Origin: Flavobacterium sp.
GTDB taxonomy: Bacteria; Bacteroidota; Bacteroidia; Flavobacteriales; Flavobacteriaceae
Direction of reading: 5' to 3'
DNA: 64,000 nucleotides
Assembly: GCA_018883065.1 (NCBI GenBank)
Contig: VEQT01000006.1
Span: forward strand, 1,581-65,580
Positions 1 through 8,512 of the stretch are shown piece after piece (position 1 is the stretch's first letter; each line of letters opens with the position of its first letter). Under the pieces are notes generated by a model that was not told the DNA's origin, ran no database searches, and saw only the letters and a list, made by a program, of their open reading frames with translations. The position numbers were made by a program, and so were the translations under genes.

Positions 1-288
1 GATGGTGATTTAGAATCAGAATACGAAGGAGAAGAATTGGGTTCAATTATTGAAAAATGGGTTTCTGATAATACTGTAAAAGGAAGATTCAGTACAACCG
101 AGTCATCTGAAAACAAAATGTTCTTTGAGCAAGTTCGTATTGCCTTAATGGACGCCAACGGAAAAGCTCAAGATACAAGAGGATGGGCCAAAGGCTTACA
201 AAAATTCTTAAAAGAAAAATACCAAATTACAGCTAAATTAACCATGAAAGGATTGGGTCAAGCTTCGATTGTAATTGGTGAAAAATAA
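1..288 (+). CDS. C-terminal part of a DUF6175-like protein (5' truncated by the window edge)
   Basis: Frame is open from base 1 (DGDLESEYEGEELGSIIEKW...FEQVRI...KGLGQASIVIGEK*); resembles the Bacteroidota DUF6175 C-terminus from memory. Confidence 0.55.
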   Translation, partial: DGDLESEYEGEELGSIIEKWVSDNTVKGRFSTTESSENKMFFEQVRIALMDANGKAQDTRGWAKGLQKFLKEKYQITAKLTMKGLGQASIVIGEK

Positions 289-300
289 AAATTAGAACTT

Positions 301-1263
301 ATGAAAAAACTATTTTTAGCAATCTGTGTGTTGGGTATGACATTGTCATCCGCTGCACAAAACTCAGTGGGTAAATCGGATGATGGCGCACGTATTGCCC
401 TAACTCCTTATATTCCTGCACAAATTGAAGGTTTAACTCCTGCTGTTAAAGCAAGTTTATCGAACAAATTGTCGCAAATCGCAACAGCTAATGGATTGGG
501 AGGTTCTTCAAATTCAAGATTCATTATTACAACCAATGTGTCGGTTTTAACCAAAGACATTACGCCTACTGCACCACCGATGCATGCGTATACTTTAGAA
601 GTAACCTTATACATAGGTGACGGTTTAGAAGGTACATTGTTTTCAAGCCAATCCGTTACACTTAAAGGAGTGGGCGTAAACGAAACGAAAGCCTATATTG
701 CTGCATTAAATGGTTTGAAAACAAAAGATCCTGTTTATCAAACTTTTATTGAAAAAGGAAAAAATAAAATCATGGAGTACTTCAACTCTAAATGTGATTT
801 TATCTTGAAAGATGCACAAACTATGGCTGCTCAAAACAAATATGAGGAAGCCATTATGAAATTAACTAGTGTGCCTGAAGTGTGCAAAGCTTGTTATGAC
901 AAAGCGATGGATGCCGTAGCGCCTATCTATCAAAAACAAATTGATAGACAATGCAAGCAACGTTTAATGGAAGCCACAACAGCTTGGAATGCTGCACAAG
1001 ATTTAGCTAGCGCCGAAAATGCTGGTGGAATTCTTTCTCAAATTGAACCAGGTGCGTCATGCTACAAAGAAGCGTTGGCCTTGTCAAGTAAAATTGCGCA
1101 ACGAGTAAAAGAGTTAGATCAAAGAGAATGGAAGTTCCAAATGAAACAACAACAAGACGATGTTGACATTCAAAAAGCAACCATCAAAGCGGCGCGCGAC
1201 ATTGGTGTAGCGTATGGAAATAATCAACCTGACGTTGTATACAAAGTATACGGATGGTGGTAG
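301..1263 (+). CDS. Secreted hypothetical protein with a helical/TPR-like C-terminal half
   Basis: 320-aa ORF with signal peptide MKKLFLAICVLGMTLSSAAQ, several Cys, and a terminator downstream. Confidence 0.7.
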   Translation: MKKLFLAICVLGMTLSSAAQNSVGKSDDGARIALTPYIPAQIEGLTPAVKASLSNKLSQIATANGLGGSSNSRFIITTNVSVLTKDITPTAPPMHAYTLEVTLYIGDGLEGTLFSSQSVTLKGVGVNETKAYIAALNGLKTKDPVYQTFIEKGKNKIMEYFNSKCDFILKDAQTMAAQNKYEEAIMKLTSVPEVCKACYDKAMDAVAPIYQKQIDRQCKQRLMEATTAWNAAQDLASAENAGGILSQIEPGASCYKEALALSSKIAQRVKELDQREWKFQMKQQQDDVDIQKATIKAARDIGVAYGNNQPDVVYKVYGWW

Positions 1264-1283
1264 AAAACCCGCTATTTCAAAAA

Positions 1284-1313
1284 CAAAAACCTCTACATTT
1301 GTGGAGGTTTTTT
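1284..1313 (+). terminator. Intrinsic terminator with a TACATTTG promoter motif embedded in it
   Basis: AAAAACCTCTAC-ATTT-GTGGAGGTTTTTT. Confidence 0.75.
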
Positions 1314-1335
1314 AATTAATACCAATTCCTATTCT

Positions 1336-1995
1336 ATGTTCCAATCCAAAAAAGACATTGTCTATGTGGTGCTTGCGGGCATCTTTATTACAAACGCAGT
1401 TGTGGCCGAACTCATTGGTGGTAAACTCATCCACATAGGCCCGTATGTGATGAGCGTAGGTGTATTACCCTGGCCAGTTGTGTTTATCACGACCGATTTA
1501 ATCAATGATTATTTTGGGGTAAAAGGGGTTAAAAAATTGTCCTTACTTACGGCTGCATTAATTACCTATTGTTTTGTGATCTTGTATTTTGCCCTTAAAA
1601 TCCCAGCCGTTCAAGGAGCTGATTTGGTAACCGATGCGCAATTCAACGCAGTTTTTGGCCAGAGCATGTGGATTATTGTTGGCAGTATTACCGCCTTTAT
1701 GGCATCGCAACTCATTGACGTGACCATATTTCATTTCTTTAAAAACAAAACAGGTAAAAAAATGATTTGGTTGCGTAGCACCGGATCAACGGTTATTTCT
1801 CAATTGTTTGACACCTTTATCGTATTGGGAATTGCATTTTGGCTCACAGGAAAAATGACGACCGAAGTGTATATACGTTCAGCATTTGCAGGTTATTTCG
1901 TAAAATTAATTATAGCGGTAGCCTTGACACCCTTAATTTATGTGGGCCATGCACTTATCGAAAAGCAACTCAAAAAAGATCAAAATGACAACTAA
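1336..1995 (+). CDS. yhhQ: Queuosine precursor transporter (VUT/YhhQ family)
   Basis: Multi-TM protein with TDLINDYFG, SQLIDV and RSTGSTVISQLFDT motifs. Confidence 0.85.
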   Translation: MFQSKKDIVYVVLAGIFITNAVVAELIGGKLIHIGPYVMSVGVLPWPVVFITTDLINDYFGVKGVKKLSLLTAALITYCFVILYFALKIPAVQGADLVTDAQFNAVFGQSMWIIVGSITAFMASQLIDVTIFHFFKNKTGKKMIWLRSTGSTVISQLFDTFIVLGIAFWLTGKMTTEVYIRSAFAGYFVKLIIAVALTPLIYVGHALIEKQLKKDQNDN

Positions 1996-2548
1996 AGTAC
2001 GCTGCGGTTGGTGCGAAAAAGACGACCTCTACCGCGAGTACCATGACCAAGAATGGGGTAATCCAGTATACGATGACGCCACTCTTTTTGAATTTTTGGT
2101 ACTCGAAACCTTTCAGGCGGGCTTAAGTTGGCATACTATTTTAAAAAAACGGGAGCATTTTAAAGTTGCATTTGACAACTTTGATTACCAAAAAATTGCT
2201 GCCTATTCTGAAGAAAAAATTCAAGCACTACTAGACGATGCAGGTATTATTCGCAACCAATTAAAAATTAGGGCAACTGTAAATAATGCACAAAACTTTA
2301 TTCGCGTACAAAAAGAATTTGGCAGTTTCTCCTCCTACATTTGGCAATTTACCGAGGGAAAACCCGTGATAAATTATTGGAAAACACTGGCCGAAATTCC
2401 TGCCTCTACTCCTCTTTCAGATGCCGTAAGTAAAGACTTAAAAAAACGCGGATTTAAATTTGTGGGAACCACAGTAGTGTATGCACACCTACAAGCTACC
2501 GGCATGGTAAACGATCACTTGTTATCGTGTTGGAAACGAAATGTCTAG
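1985..2548 (+). CDS. tag: DNA-3-methyladenine glycosylase I
   Basis: RCGWC..Y..YHDQEWG, LETFQAGLSW, IIRNQLKI, GFKFVG, GMVNDH; start reassigned to ATG 1985. Confidence 0.95.
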   Translation: MTTKVRCGWCEKDDLYREYHDQEWGNPVYDDATLFEFLVLETFQAGLSWHTILKKREHFKVAFDNFDYQKIAAYSEEKIQALLDDAGIIRNQLKIRATVNNAQNFIRVQKEFGSFSSYIWQFTEGKPVINYWKTLAEIPASTPLSDAVSKDLKKRGFKFVGTTVVYAHLQATGMVNDHLLSCWKRNV

Positions 2549-2551
2549 TAA

Positions 2552-3190
2552 CTACTTGGCTTGAAGAATCTTCATGAAATTGGCTCGACTAATTTCAATG
2601 CCACCCAATAAATGCAAATGGTCATTATACACTTGACAATCTAATAACAGGTAATTGTTGTCTTTGAGGAAATTCACTAGCCATACAAATCCTACTTTGC
2701 TGGCGTTCGATACTTTTGAAAACATACTTTCCCCACAAAACACATGGCCTAAATCAACACCATATAAGCCGCCTACCAATTGGCCATCTTGCCATACCTC
2801 AACCGATTTGGCATGGCCTAATGCGTGTAATTTATTATAAGCGGTTACAATGTCTTCGGTAATCCAAGTGCCATATTGGCCCATGCGTTCAATTTGTTGG
2901 CAATTTCGAATCACTTCCTCAAAGTGTTGATTAAATGTAATTTGAAATTTATTTTTATTGATAATTGAACGCAAATTTTTGGGAATCTTATAAATAGCTG
3001 GAGCCACGACCATTCTTTGTGGAGGTGCCCACCATAAAATTGGTTCGTCTTCATTAAACCAGGGAAAAATTCCATTTCGGTAGGCCAAAAGTAAACGCGC
3101 TACCGAGAGGTCGCCACCTACTGCCAATACTCCTTCGGGCGATGCTTCATCGACCGGGGGAAAGTAAAGAGCTTTGGTTAAAAACTGCAT
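2552..3190 (-). CDS. aat: Leucyl/phenylalanyl-tRNA--protein transferase
   Basis: GGDLS..RL..AY..GIFPWF, LVGGLYG, FCGESMFS, DCQV; start probably ATG 3190. Confidence 0.95.
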   Translation of the reverse strand: MQFLTKALYFPPVDEASPEGVLAVGGDLSVARLLLAYRNGIFPWFNEDEPILWWAPPQRMVVAPAIYKIPKNLRSIINKNKFQITFNQHFEEVIRNCQQIERMGQYGTWITEDIVTAYNKLHALGHAKSVEVWQDGQLVGGLYGVDLGHVFCGESMFSKVSNASKVGFVWLVNFLKDNNYLLLDCQVYNDHLHLLGGIEISRANFMKILQAK

Positions 3191-3271
3191 GGGTGTAAAA
3201 TAAAAGAATTTAGAAAATTGAGGGTTTGTGCTCAACTTTCTAAATTCATAATGTGACTAATACGAGGCGGT

Positions 3272-3655
3272 TTAGAATGGCAAATCGTCGTGGTCCTCTT
3301 CTGTAAAACTAGGTGCTACTGGAAAAACAGGTGTTTCAGGTGATGCTGCATTTGGCGCTGATGATGCTGCGCTTCCGGCATCTTGTAGACGTTCAATTCT
3401 CCACCCTTGGATGCTGTTAAAATACTTGGCTTCTCCTTGTTGATTGATCCATTCACGACCGCGCAAATTGATAGACACTTTAACGCCCTCACCAACTTTA
3501 TAATTGTTGAGCAAATCACATTTATCTTGGGTAAATTCAACCATAATGTGTTGTGGATACTGCTCATCGGTTGTCACTACTAATTCTCTTTTACGAAATG
3601 TGGCGCTTACTTGTTGTTCGGCATTGATTACTTTGATTTTTCCTGCTACTTCCAT
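3272..3655 (-). CDS. DUF3127 family OB-fold protein with an SSB-like tail
   Basis: FRKRELVVTT.EQYPQ, NLRGREW, YFNSIQGWRI, C-terminal DDLPF. Confidence 0.85.
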   Translation of the reverse strand: MEVAGKIKVINAEQQVSATFRKRELVVTTDEQYPQHIMVEFTQDKCDLLNNYKVGEGVKVSINLRGREWINQQGEAKYFNSIQGWRIERLQDAGSAASSAPNAASPETPVFPVAPSFTEEDHDDLPF

Positions 3656-3689
3656 GGGTTCAATTTTATAGATTTCTAATTATATTTTA

Positions 3690-4559
3690 CTAAGCTAAAA
3701 GCACTTTCCAAGCTGATTCTACATCATTAATTTGCACATAACGCAGCGCCAACTGCAATTGTTTGATGGGCTCATCAGCGCTTAATACCGCTTTGAGTTC
3801 AAAATTTTGCTTCACAAAGATAGCAACTTCTTCTGGGGTTGGCAATGTATCAATATTGGCCAAAACACCCAGATCATTCCCGCTAAATAATCCACTTTTT
3901 TTAACAAAATCTGGGATGGCATCCACACCAATTCCCAAGGTAGTTAGGGGTTTTGGCACCTCAAAAAGTCCGGCATTTGCTCGGCTATACCAGTTTCCAC
4001 CCAAACGGGCAACAAGGTCTAACTTTTCTTGAATAATTGCGCCTTTTTCATCTAACACAGCTTCGTTAATGTGAATTTTAACCACCTCACATATCACCAA
4101 ATTGCCTGCTCCTCCATGGTTACCTAATGCAATCACTTGATTGACTTTGCATTCAAATTGCACGGGGGCTTCTTGCACGCGAAACGGTTTTACCAGCATC
4201 GATGGAATGGGAGTAAATCCCGCTTTCACAAACTCATTGACTCCCTCGGCATATTCGGTACTGGCCAATGACATTTGTTGCACCATAGCATAATCAACTA
4301 CATTGATTACCACTTCTTGGATTTCTTGCACATTAGACAAGGTATGCTTAATTGAATTATCTCGAACCCGTCTGGCCGGAGAAAAAATCAAAATAGGCGG
4401 ATTAGCGCTAAATACATTAAAAAAACTAAAGGGCGACAAATTGGGCTGTCCCTTAGCATTTAGAGTACTGGCAAAAGCAATGGGTCTGGGTGCTACTGCA
4501 CCCTGCAAATACGCCTGCAATTGAACTGTAGATAAATCGTGGGGATTGATGCTTAACAT
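3690..4559 (-). CDS. Flavin reductase family protein (DIM6/NTAB)
   Basis: PRPIAFAST, NLSPFSFFN, KHTL.N, VARLGG.WY. Confidence 0.9.
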   Translation of the reverse strand: MLSINPHDLSTVQLQAYLQGAVAPRPIAFASTLNAKGQPNLSPFSFFNVFSANPPILIFSPARRVRDNSIKHTLSNVQEIQEVVINVVDYAMVQQMSLASTEYAEGVNEFVKAGFTPIPSMLVKPFRVQEAPVQFECKVNQVIALGNHGGAGNLVICEVVKIHINEAVLDEKGAIIQEKLDLVARLGGNWYSRANAGLFEVPKPLTTLGIGVDAIPDFVKKSGLFSGNDLGVLANIDTLPTPEEVAIFVKQNFELKAVLSADEPIKQLQLALRYVQINDVESAWKVLLA

Positions 4560-4667
4560 GGGTTGAATTTAAACAAAATTAGAAAACCTGTTGCTGTATT
4601 GGTTAAATTATTCTAAACATAATGTGCCTAATTTTTCAACAACAACCAGTGTGGTGTAGCATTCGAT

Positions 4668-5846
4668 TTGAGTATATTTATGCCACAAATTGAAACTATG
4701 CAATTTAGCAAACACAAAGACCTCATTCGGTGGACGCTCATTCTAGGCTCCTTCATTATTATCAGTTTGATTTTGTGGAATACCTATACCTTTTTTACTA
4801 TTTTCAAAAACGAAGAGCGGTTAAAAATGGAATTGTGGGCGCAAGCACAAAAATCTGTAAATAGTTCAGATGAAAATGTCGATTTAACCCTTGCAACTGA
4901 GGTAATTACCAAACCCAATACCATTCCGATCATTTTGACGGATCAAAATAATCATATTATTAAAGTCAATAATCTTGATGCTACTATTTTGACTGACTCG
5001 GTTCAAGCCAAGGCAACAATAGCCACTTTCAAAAAGCAAAATGAACCCATTAAAATGGAAATTGGGCCCGGAAAATTTCAGTATTTATATTACGGAAACT
5101 CCTCATTGCTCGAAAGACTCATCTACTACCCAATTGCCTTGCTGCTTATTATTGTGTTGTTTTGCGCGTTGGTTTATGTATTTTACCGAAGCACAAAAAT
5201 GGCTGCCCAAAGTAAATTATGGGCTGGAATGGCCAAAGAAACGGCACATCAAATTGGCACGCCCTTGTCTTCCTTGATTGGGTGGCTTGAATTAATGAAA
5301 ACTGATGCATTAGATGCATCGTCGATAGCCGAAATGGAGAAAGACATTGTGCGACTTCAAACAATTACAGAACGATTTTCAAAAATTGGATCTGAGCCAG
5401 CACTAGAAAACTTAGATTTAGTAAAAGAAACTGCTGAATCATATGCCTACCTCGAATCTCGTTTTGCCCAGCAAGTAGCCTTTTCATTTTCTGCTCCCGA
5501 TCAAAAAATAATGCTGCCTTTAAATGCAACCTTACACAGTTGGACCATCGAAAACCTGGTGAAAAATGCACTCGACGCAATGAGAGGCAAAGGATCACTC
5601 AGTATACGACTAGAAGTTGAAGCCGGTTTGGTGAAAATTAAAATAAGTGATACAGGAAAAGGAATTCCTAAAAATCAATTTAATCACGTGTTTGAGCCTG
5701 GCTTTACCACCAAAAAAAGAGGTTGGGGACTGGGTCTTTCCCTCACCAAGCGGATTGTTGAAGAATACCACAAAGGAAAAATAAAAGTAATTGAATCCGA
5801 AATTGGCAAAGGCACTACCATTCAAATTTCATACAAAATCAATTAG
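4668..5846 (+). CDS. Sensor histidine kinase (no adjacent response regulator)
   Basis: Two TM segments, H-box ETAHQIGTPLSSL, ENLVKNA, DTGKGI, FEPGFTTK..GWGLGLS; start uncertain (ATG 4680 or 4698). Confidence 0.9.
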   Translation: MSIFMPQIETMQFSKHKDLIRWTLILGSFIIISLILWNTYTFFTIFKNEERLKMELWAQAQKSVNSSDENVDLTLATEVITKPNTIPIILTDQNNHIIKVNNLDATILTDSVQAKATIATFKKQNEPIKMEIGPGKFQYLYYGNSSLLERLIYYPIALLLIIVLFCALVYVFYRSTKMAAQSKLWAGMAKETAHQIGTPLSSLIGWLELMKTDALDASSIAEMEKDIVRLQTITERFSKIGSEPALENLDLVKETAESYAYLESRFAQQVAFSFSAPDQKIMLPLNATLHSWTIENLVKNALDAMRGKGSLSIRLEVEAGLVKIKISDTGKGIPKNQFNHVFEPGFTTKKRGWGLGLSLTKRIVEEYHKGKIKVIESEIGKGTTIQISYKIN

Positions 5847-6997
5847 CGTCTGCGCGGATTCGTATAAAATAATTCCGCCCTATTCTCAATAGGAGTTGCC
5901 ACATACTCTTGCACAAAGGCCAATTGTACTTCCCATGCTTTTTTGGTTGAAGCAAATGATTTTGTCAACCCATTCACTTGCCCCAAAAGCGCTCGATCTA
6001 CTTCTTTTAAAGCCATCAAACTGGCATAGGCTTGGGTAAAATTATTAAAGGGCAACTGCACGCTAGCCACCAATTCCTCATCTGAAATTGCCGGCTTAAA
6101 TTGCTGGTTTCTAAACATGACTACTTTGTTGTAAGCAGAAATGCTGGCGTTAAACTCGTCTACGAGCTGACTTAATTTATCGGAGGTAGAGTTGAGTCCA
6201 AAGTAGCTAATTTCACGCTTCAAGTAGGTTTCCTGTGCGCGCAACATGGGGTTTGAAATCCCCATCATTTGCAGGTGATTCAGTTCCAGTTTTGATTTTT
6301 CTATTTCCGTTAATGCCAAATAGGACTCAAGTTCTACTGTTGGATTACAGCTAATTTTTTGGGGTTGCAATTCGGGTTCGTTGCTTTTAAATTGTGCAGG
6401 GCTCATCGGATTGGGAAGCAATTGCCAGAGGTATTCAAACGGATAATGCGACTGGATTAAATCGGCAGGAGGTGTGCGAAAATAATAGGTATTAAAATGG
6501 TCTTGGTATTGATTTTCAATTACTACTCCAGCTCCCCATGTAGGATCAAACAATTCCCATTTTCCATTGAGTTTAGCTGCACACCATTGGTGGGTTTGGG
6601 TACTTATTTTACCGTATTGTTTGGTATAGCCCGACACCAATTCGACGGGGATTTGACTTGCGTCTGCTAGCGCTTTAAATACCTCAGCATAATGCATACA
6701 CACCCCTTTGCGAGTAGTGAGTGCCGATTGAACTTTCTCGGGAGAAGTTTGGGTATCGTATTGCCCATTAATGCTGCCAGGCAAATCATACGCAATGGCG
6801 TGTGTTGTCCAATAAAAAATAGCCGCAATTTTGTCTTCTTCACCAGTAAAATGGGTGTTGATGAATCCCGCTACTGATACTATTGTAGGTGACTGAACTG
6901 CGGGCATTTGATCAAGTGTTTTTGCTATTGCATCAAACTGCTGCGCCTGAACAACTCCCGCGTACAGTAAACTAAAAAATAATAGTATTTTTTTCAT
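5843..6997 (-). CDS. Secreted transglutaminase-like/papain-fold protein
   Basis: Signal peptide MKKILLFF; Cys (GVCMHYA), His (HQW) and Asp (DPTWGAG) triad. Confidence 0.8.
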   Translation of the reverse strand: MKKILLFFSLLYAGVVQAQQFDAIAKTLDQMPAVQSPTIVSVAGFINTHFTGEEDKIAAIFYWTTHAIAYDLPGSINGQYDTQTSPEKVQSALTTRKGVCMHYAEVFKALADASQIPVELVSGYTKQYGKISTQTHQWCAAKLNGKWELFDPTWGAGVVIENQYQDHFNTYYFRTPPADLIQSHYPFEYLWQLLPNPMSPAQFKSNEPELQPQKISCNPTVELESYLALTEIEKSKLELNHLQMMGISNPMLRAQETYLKREISYFGLNSTSDKLSQLVDEFNASISAYNKVVMFRNQQFKPAISDEELVASVQLPFNNFTQAYASLMALKEVDRALLGQVNGLTKSFASTKKAWEVQLAFVQEYVATPIENRAELFYTNPRRR

Positions 6998-7062
6998 GTT
7001 AGTGATAAAAAAATCACCAATCGTAGGAACCACAATTGATGATTGATGACGTATTTCTCTAT

Positions 7063-7452
7063 TTACAAATTGGCCTGAATGGCTTGGGCTAAGGCAGTAA
7101 ATTCATCGGGCGTGAGGCTTACTTTATTTTGAAAACGCATTTCATCCATCTCGTTTAAAGGAATTAAATGCACATGTGCATGCGGCACTTCAAGCCCAAC
7201 AACAGCCATTCCAATACGTTTGCAAGGAACTGTTTTTTCGAGGGCAACGGCTACTTTTTTGGCAAATGTCATCAAACCCAAATAGGCTTGGTCGTCTAAA
7301 TCAAATAATTTATTGATCTCTTGTTTAGGAATGCAAAGTGTATGTCCTTTGGCATTGGGATTTACATCCAGAAAAGCCAAATGTTGTTCATCTTCAGCGA
7401 TGCGGTAACAGGGAATTTCTCCAGCTACAATTTTACTAAAAATACTGGCCAT
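7063..7452 (-). CDS. HIT family hydrolase
   Basis: SIFSKIVAGEIP, GHTL.IPK, HAHVHLIP. Confidence 0.95.
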   Translation of the reverse strand: MASIFSKIVAGEIPCYRIAEDEQHLAFLDVNPNAKGHTLCIPKQEINKLFDLDDQAYLGLMTFAKKVAVALEKTVPCKRIGMAVVGLEVPHAHVHLIPLNEMDEMRFQNKVSLTPDEFTALAQAIQANL

Positions 7453-7453
7453 C

Positions 7454-7930
7454 TTAGTCGCGTGTAATTTCTAAAACCTCAAATTTTAATACCCCGTTGG
7501 GTACGGTAATTTCAGCTATTTCTCCTACCGATTTTCCCAACAAGCCTTTGCCAATTGGTGAAGTCACCGAGATTTTTCCTGTTTTTAAATCGGCTTCGCT
7601 TTCGGCTACCAAGGTGTATTTCATTTCCATGCCATTGGCTTGGTTCTTGATTTTAACATTGGACAACACCAAAGCTTTTGATACATCCAATTGCGATTCA
7701 TCAATGAGACGCGCATTGGCATACACTTCTTCTAATTTGGAGATGCGCATTTCCAATAAGCCTTGCGCTTCTTTGGCCGCATCGTACTCGGCGTTTTCAG
7801 ACAAATCGCCTTTGTCACGAGCATCGGCTATATCTTGTGAGGCTTTGGGACGCATCACGCTCTTTAAATGATCTAATTCTTCTTTTAATTTTTTTAATCC
7901 TTCTGCGGTATAATACGATACTGTACTCAT
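7454..7930 (-). CDS. greA: Transcription elongation factor GreA
   Basis: ARDKGDLSENAEYDAAKE, ISVTSPIGKGLLGK. Confidence 0.98.
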   Translation of the reverse strand: MSTVSYYTAEGLKKLKEELDHLKSVMRPKASQDIADARDKGDLSENAEYDAAKEAQGLLEMRISKLEEVYANARLIDESQLDVSKALVLSNVKIKNQANGMEMKYTLVAESEADLKTGKISVTSPIGKGLLGKSVGEIAEITVPNGVLKFEVLEITRD

Positions 7931-7951
7931 AATTTCATTGGTTATATAAAT

Positions 7952-7993
7952 AGAAAAAATCCCATCTGGACGGGATTTCTTTTTTCAAAGATA
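7952..7993 (-). promoter_or_regulatory. greA promoter -7 motif followed by a terminator-like leader hairpin
   Basis: Minus strand: TATCTTTG (7993-7986), then AAATCCC-GTCCAGAT-GGGATTT-TTTCT. Confidence 0.6.
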
Positions 7994-8089
7994 GTATTTT
8001 TACTAAACGGGTGCTTTATTCAATTAATTTAGCGGAGTCAAAGTTAAAGAATTATATTTGTTTGCCTTCAACTTACACAACTTATTTTT

Positions 8090-8512
8090 ATGAGAAACCG
8101 CATTATCTGTTTACTCACCTTGCTGTATATTTCTTGCGCCGATAGTACCCAGCGCAACAATAATCCGTATTTGCCCAACTATGGTTTTTCAATAACAATC
8201 AATAAAAATTTACCCCTTTACAGTGGATTAAATAGTCCAATTAATCCCATTATCATTCGCGAGTCAACAGCAGGAATAAGCGGCATCATTGCCATGAAAA
8301 TTTCGGATTCTGATTACCGTGCGTGGGAACTCAGTTGTCCAAACCAAGTGCCCGCACCTTGTTCAGTAATGACACTCAATGGCTTGAACGCTAAATGTAG
8401 TTGTATTGATAATTTTGAGTACAGTTTGTTTACCGGAATTGGCAATGCGCCTTACACCATGAAACCCTATCGAGTAGAAATTCAGGGCAACTTGATTCAA
8501 ATTTCGAACTAA
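8090..8512 (+). CDS. Lipoprotein with a degenerate Rieske-like fold
   Basis: Lipobox LYIS-C; ELSCPN..PC...KCSC..F.YSLFTG...MKPYRV. Confidence 0.6.
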   Translation: MRNRIICLLTLLYISCADSTQRNNNPYLPNYGFSITINKNLPLYSGLNSPINPIIIRESTAGISGIIAMKISDSDYRAWELSCPNQVPAPCSVMTLNGLNAKCSCIDNFEYSLFTGIGNAPYTMKPYRVEIQGNLIQISN

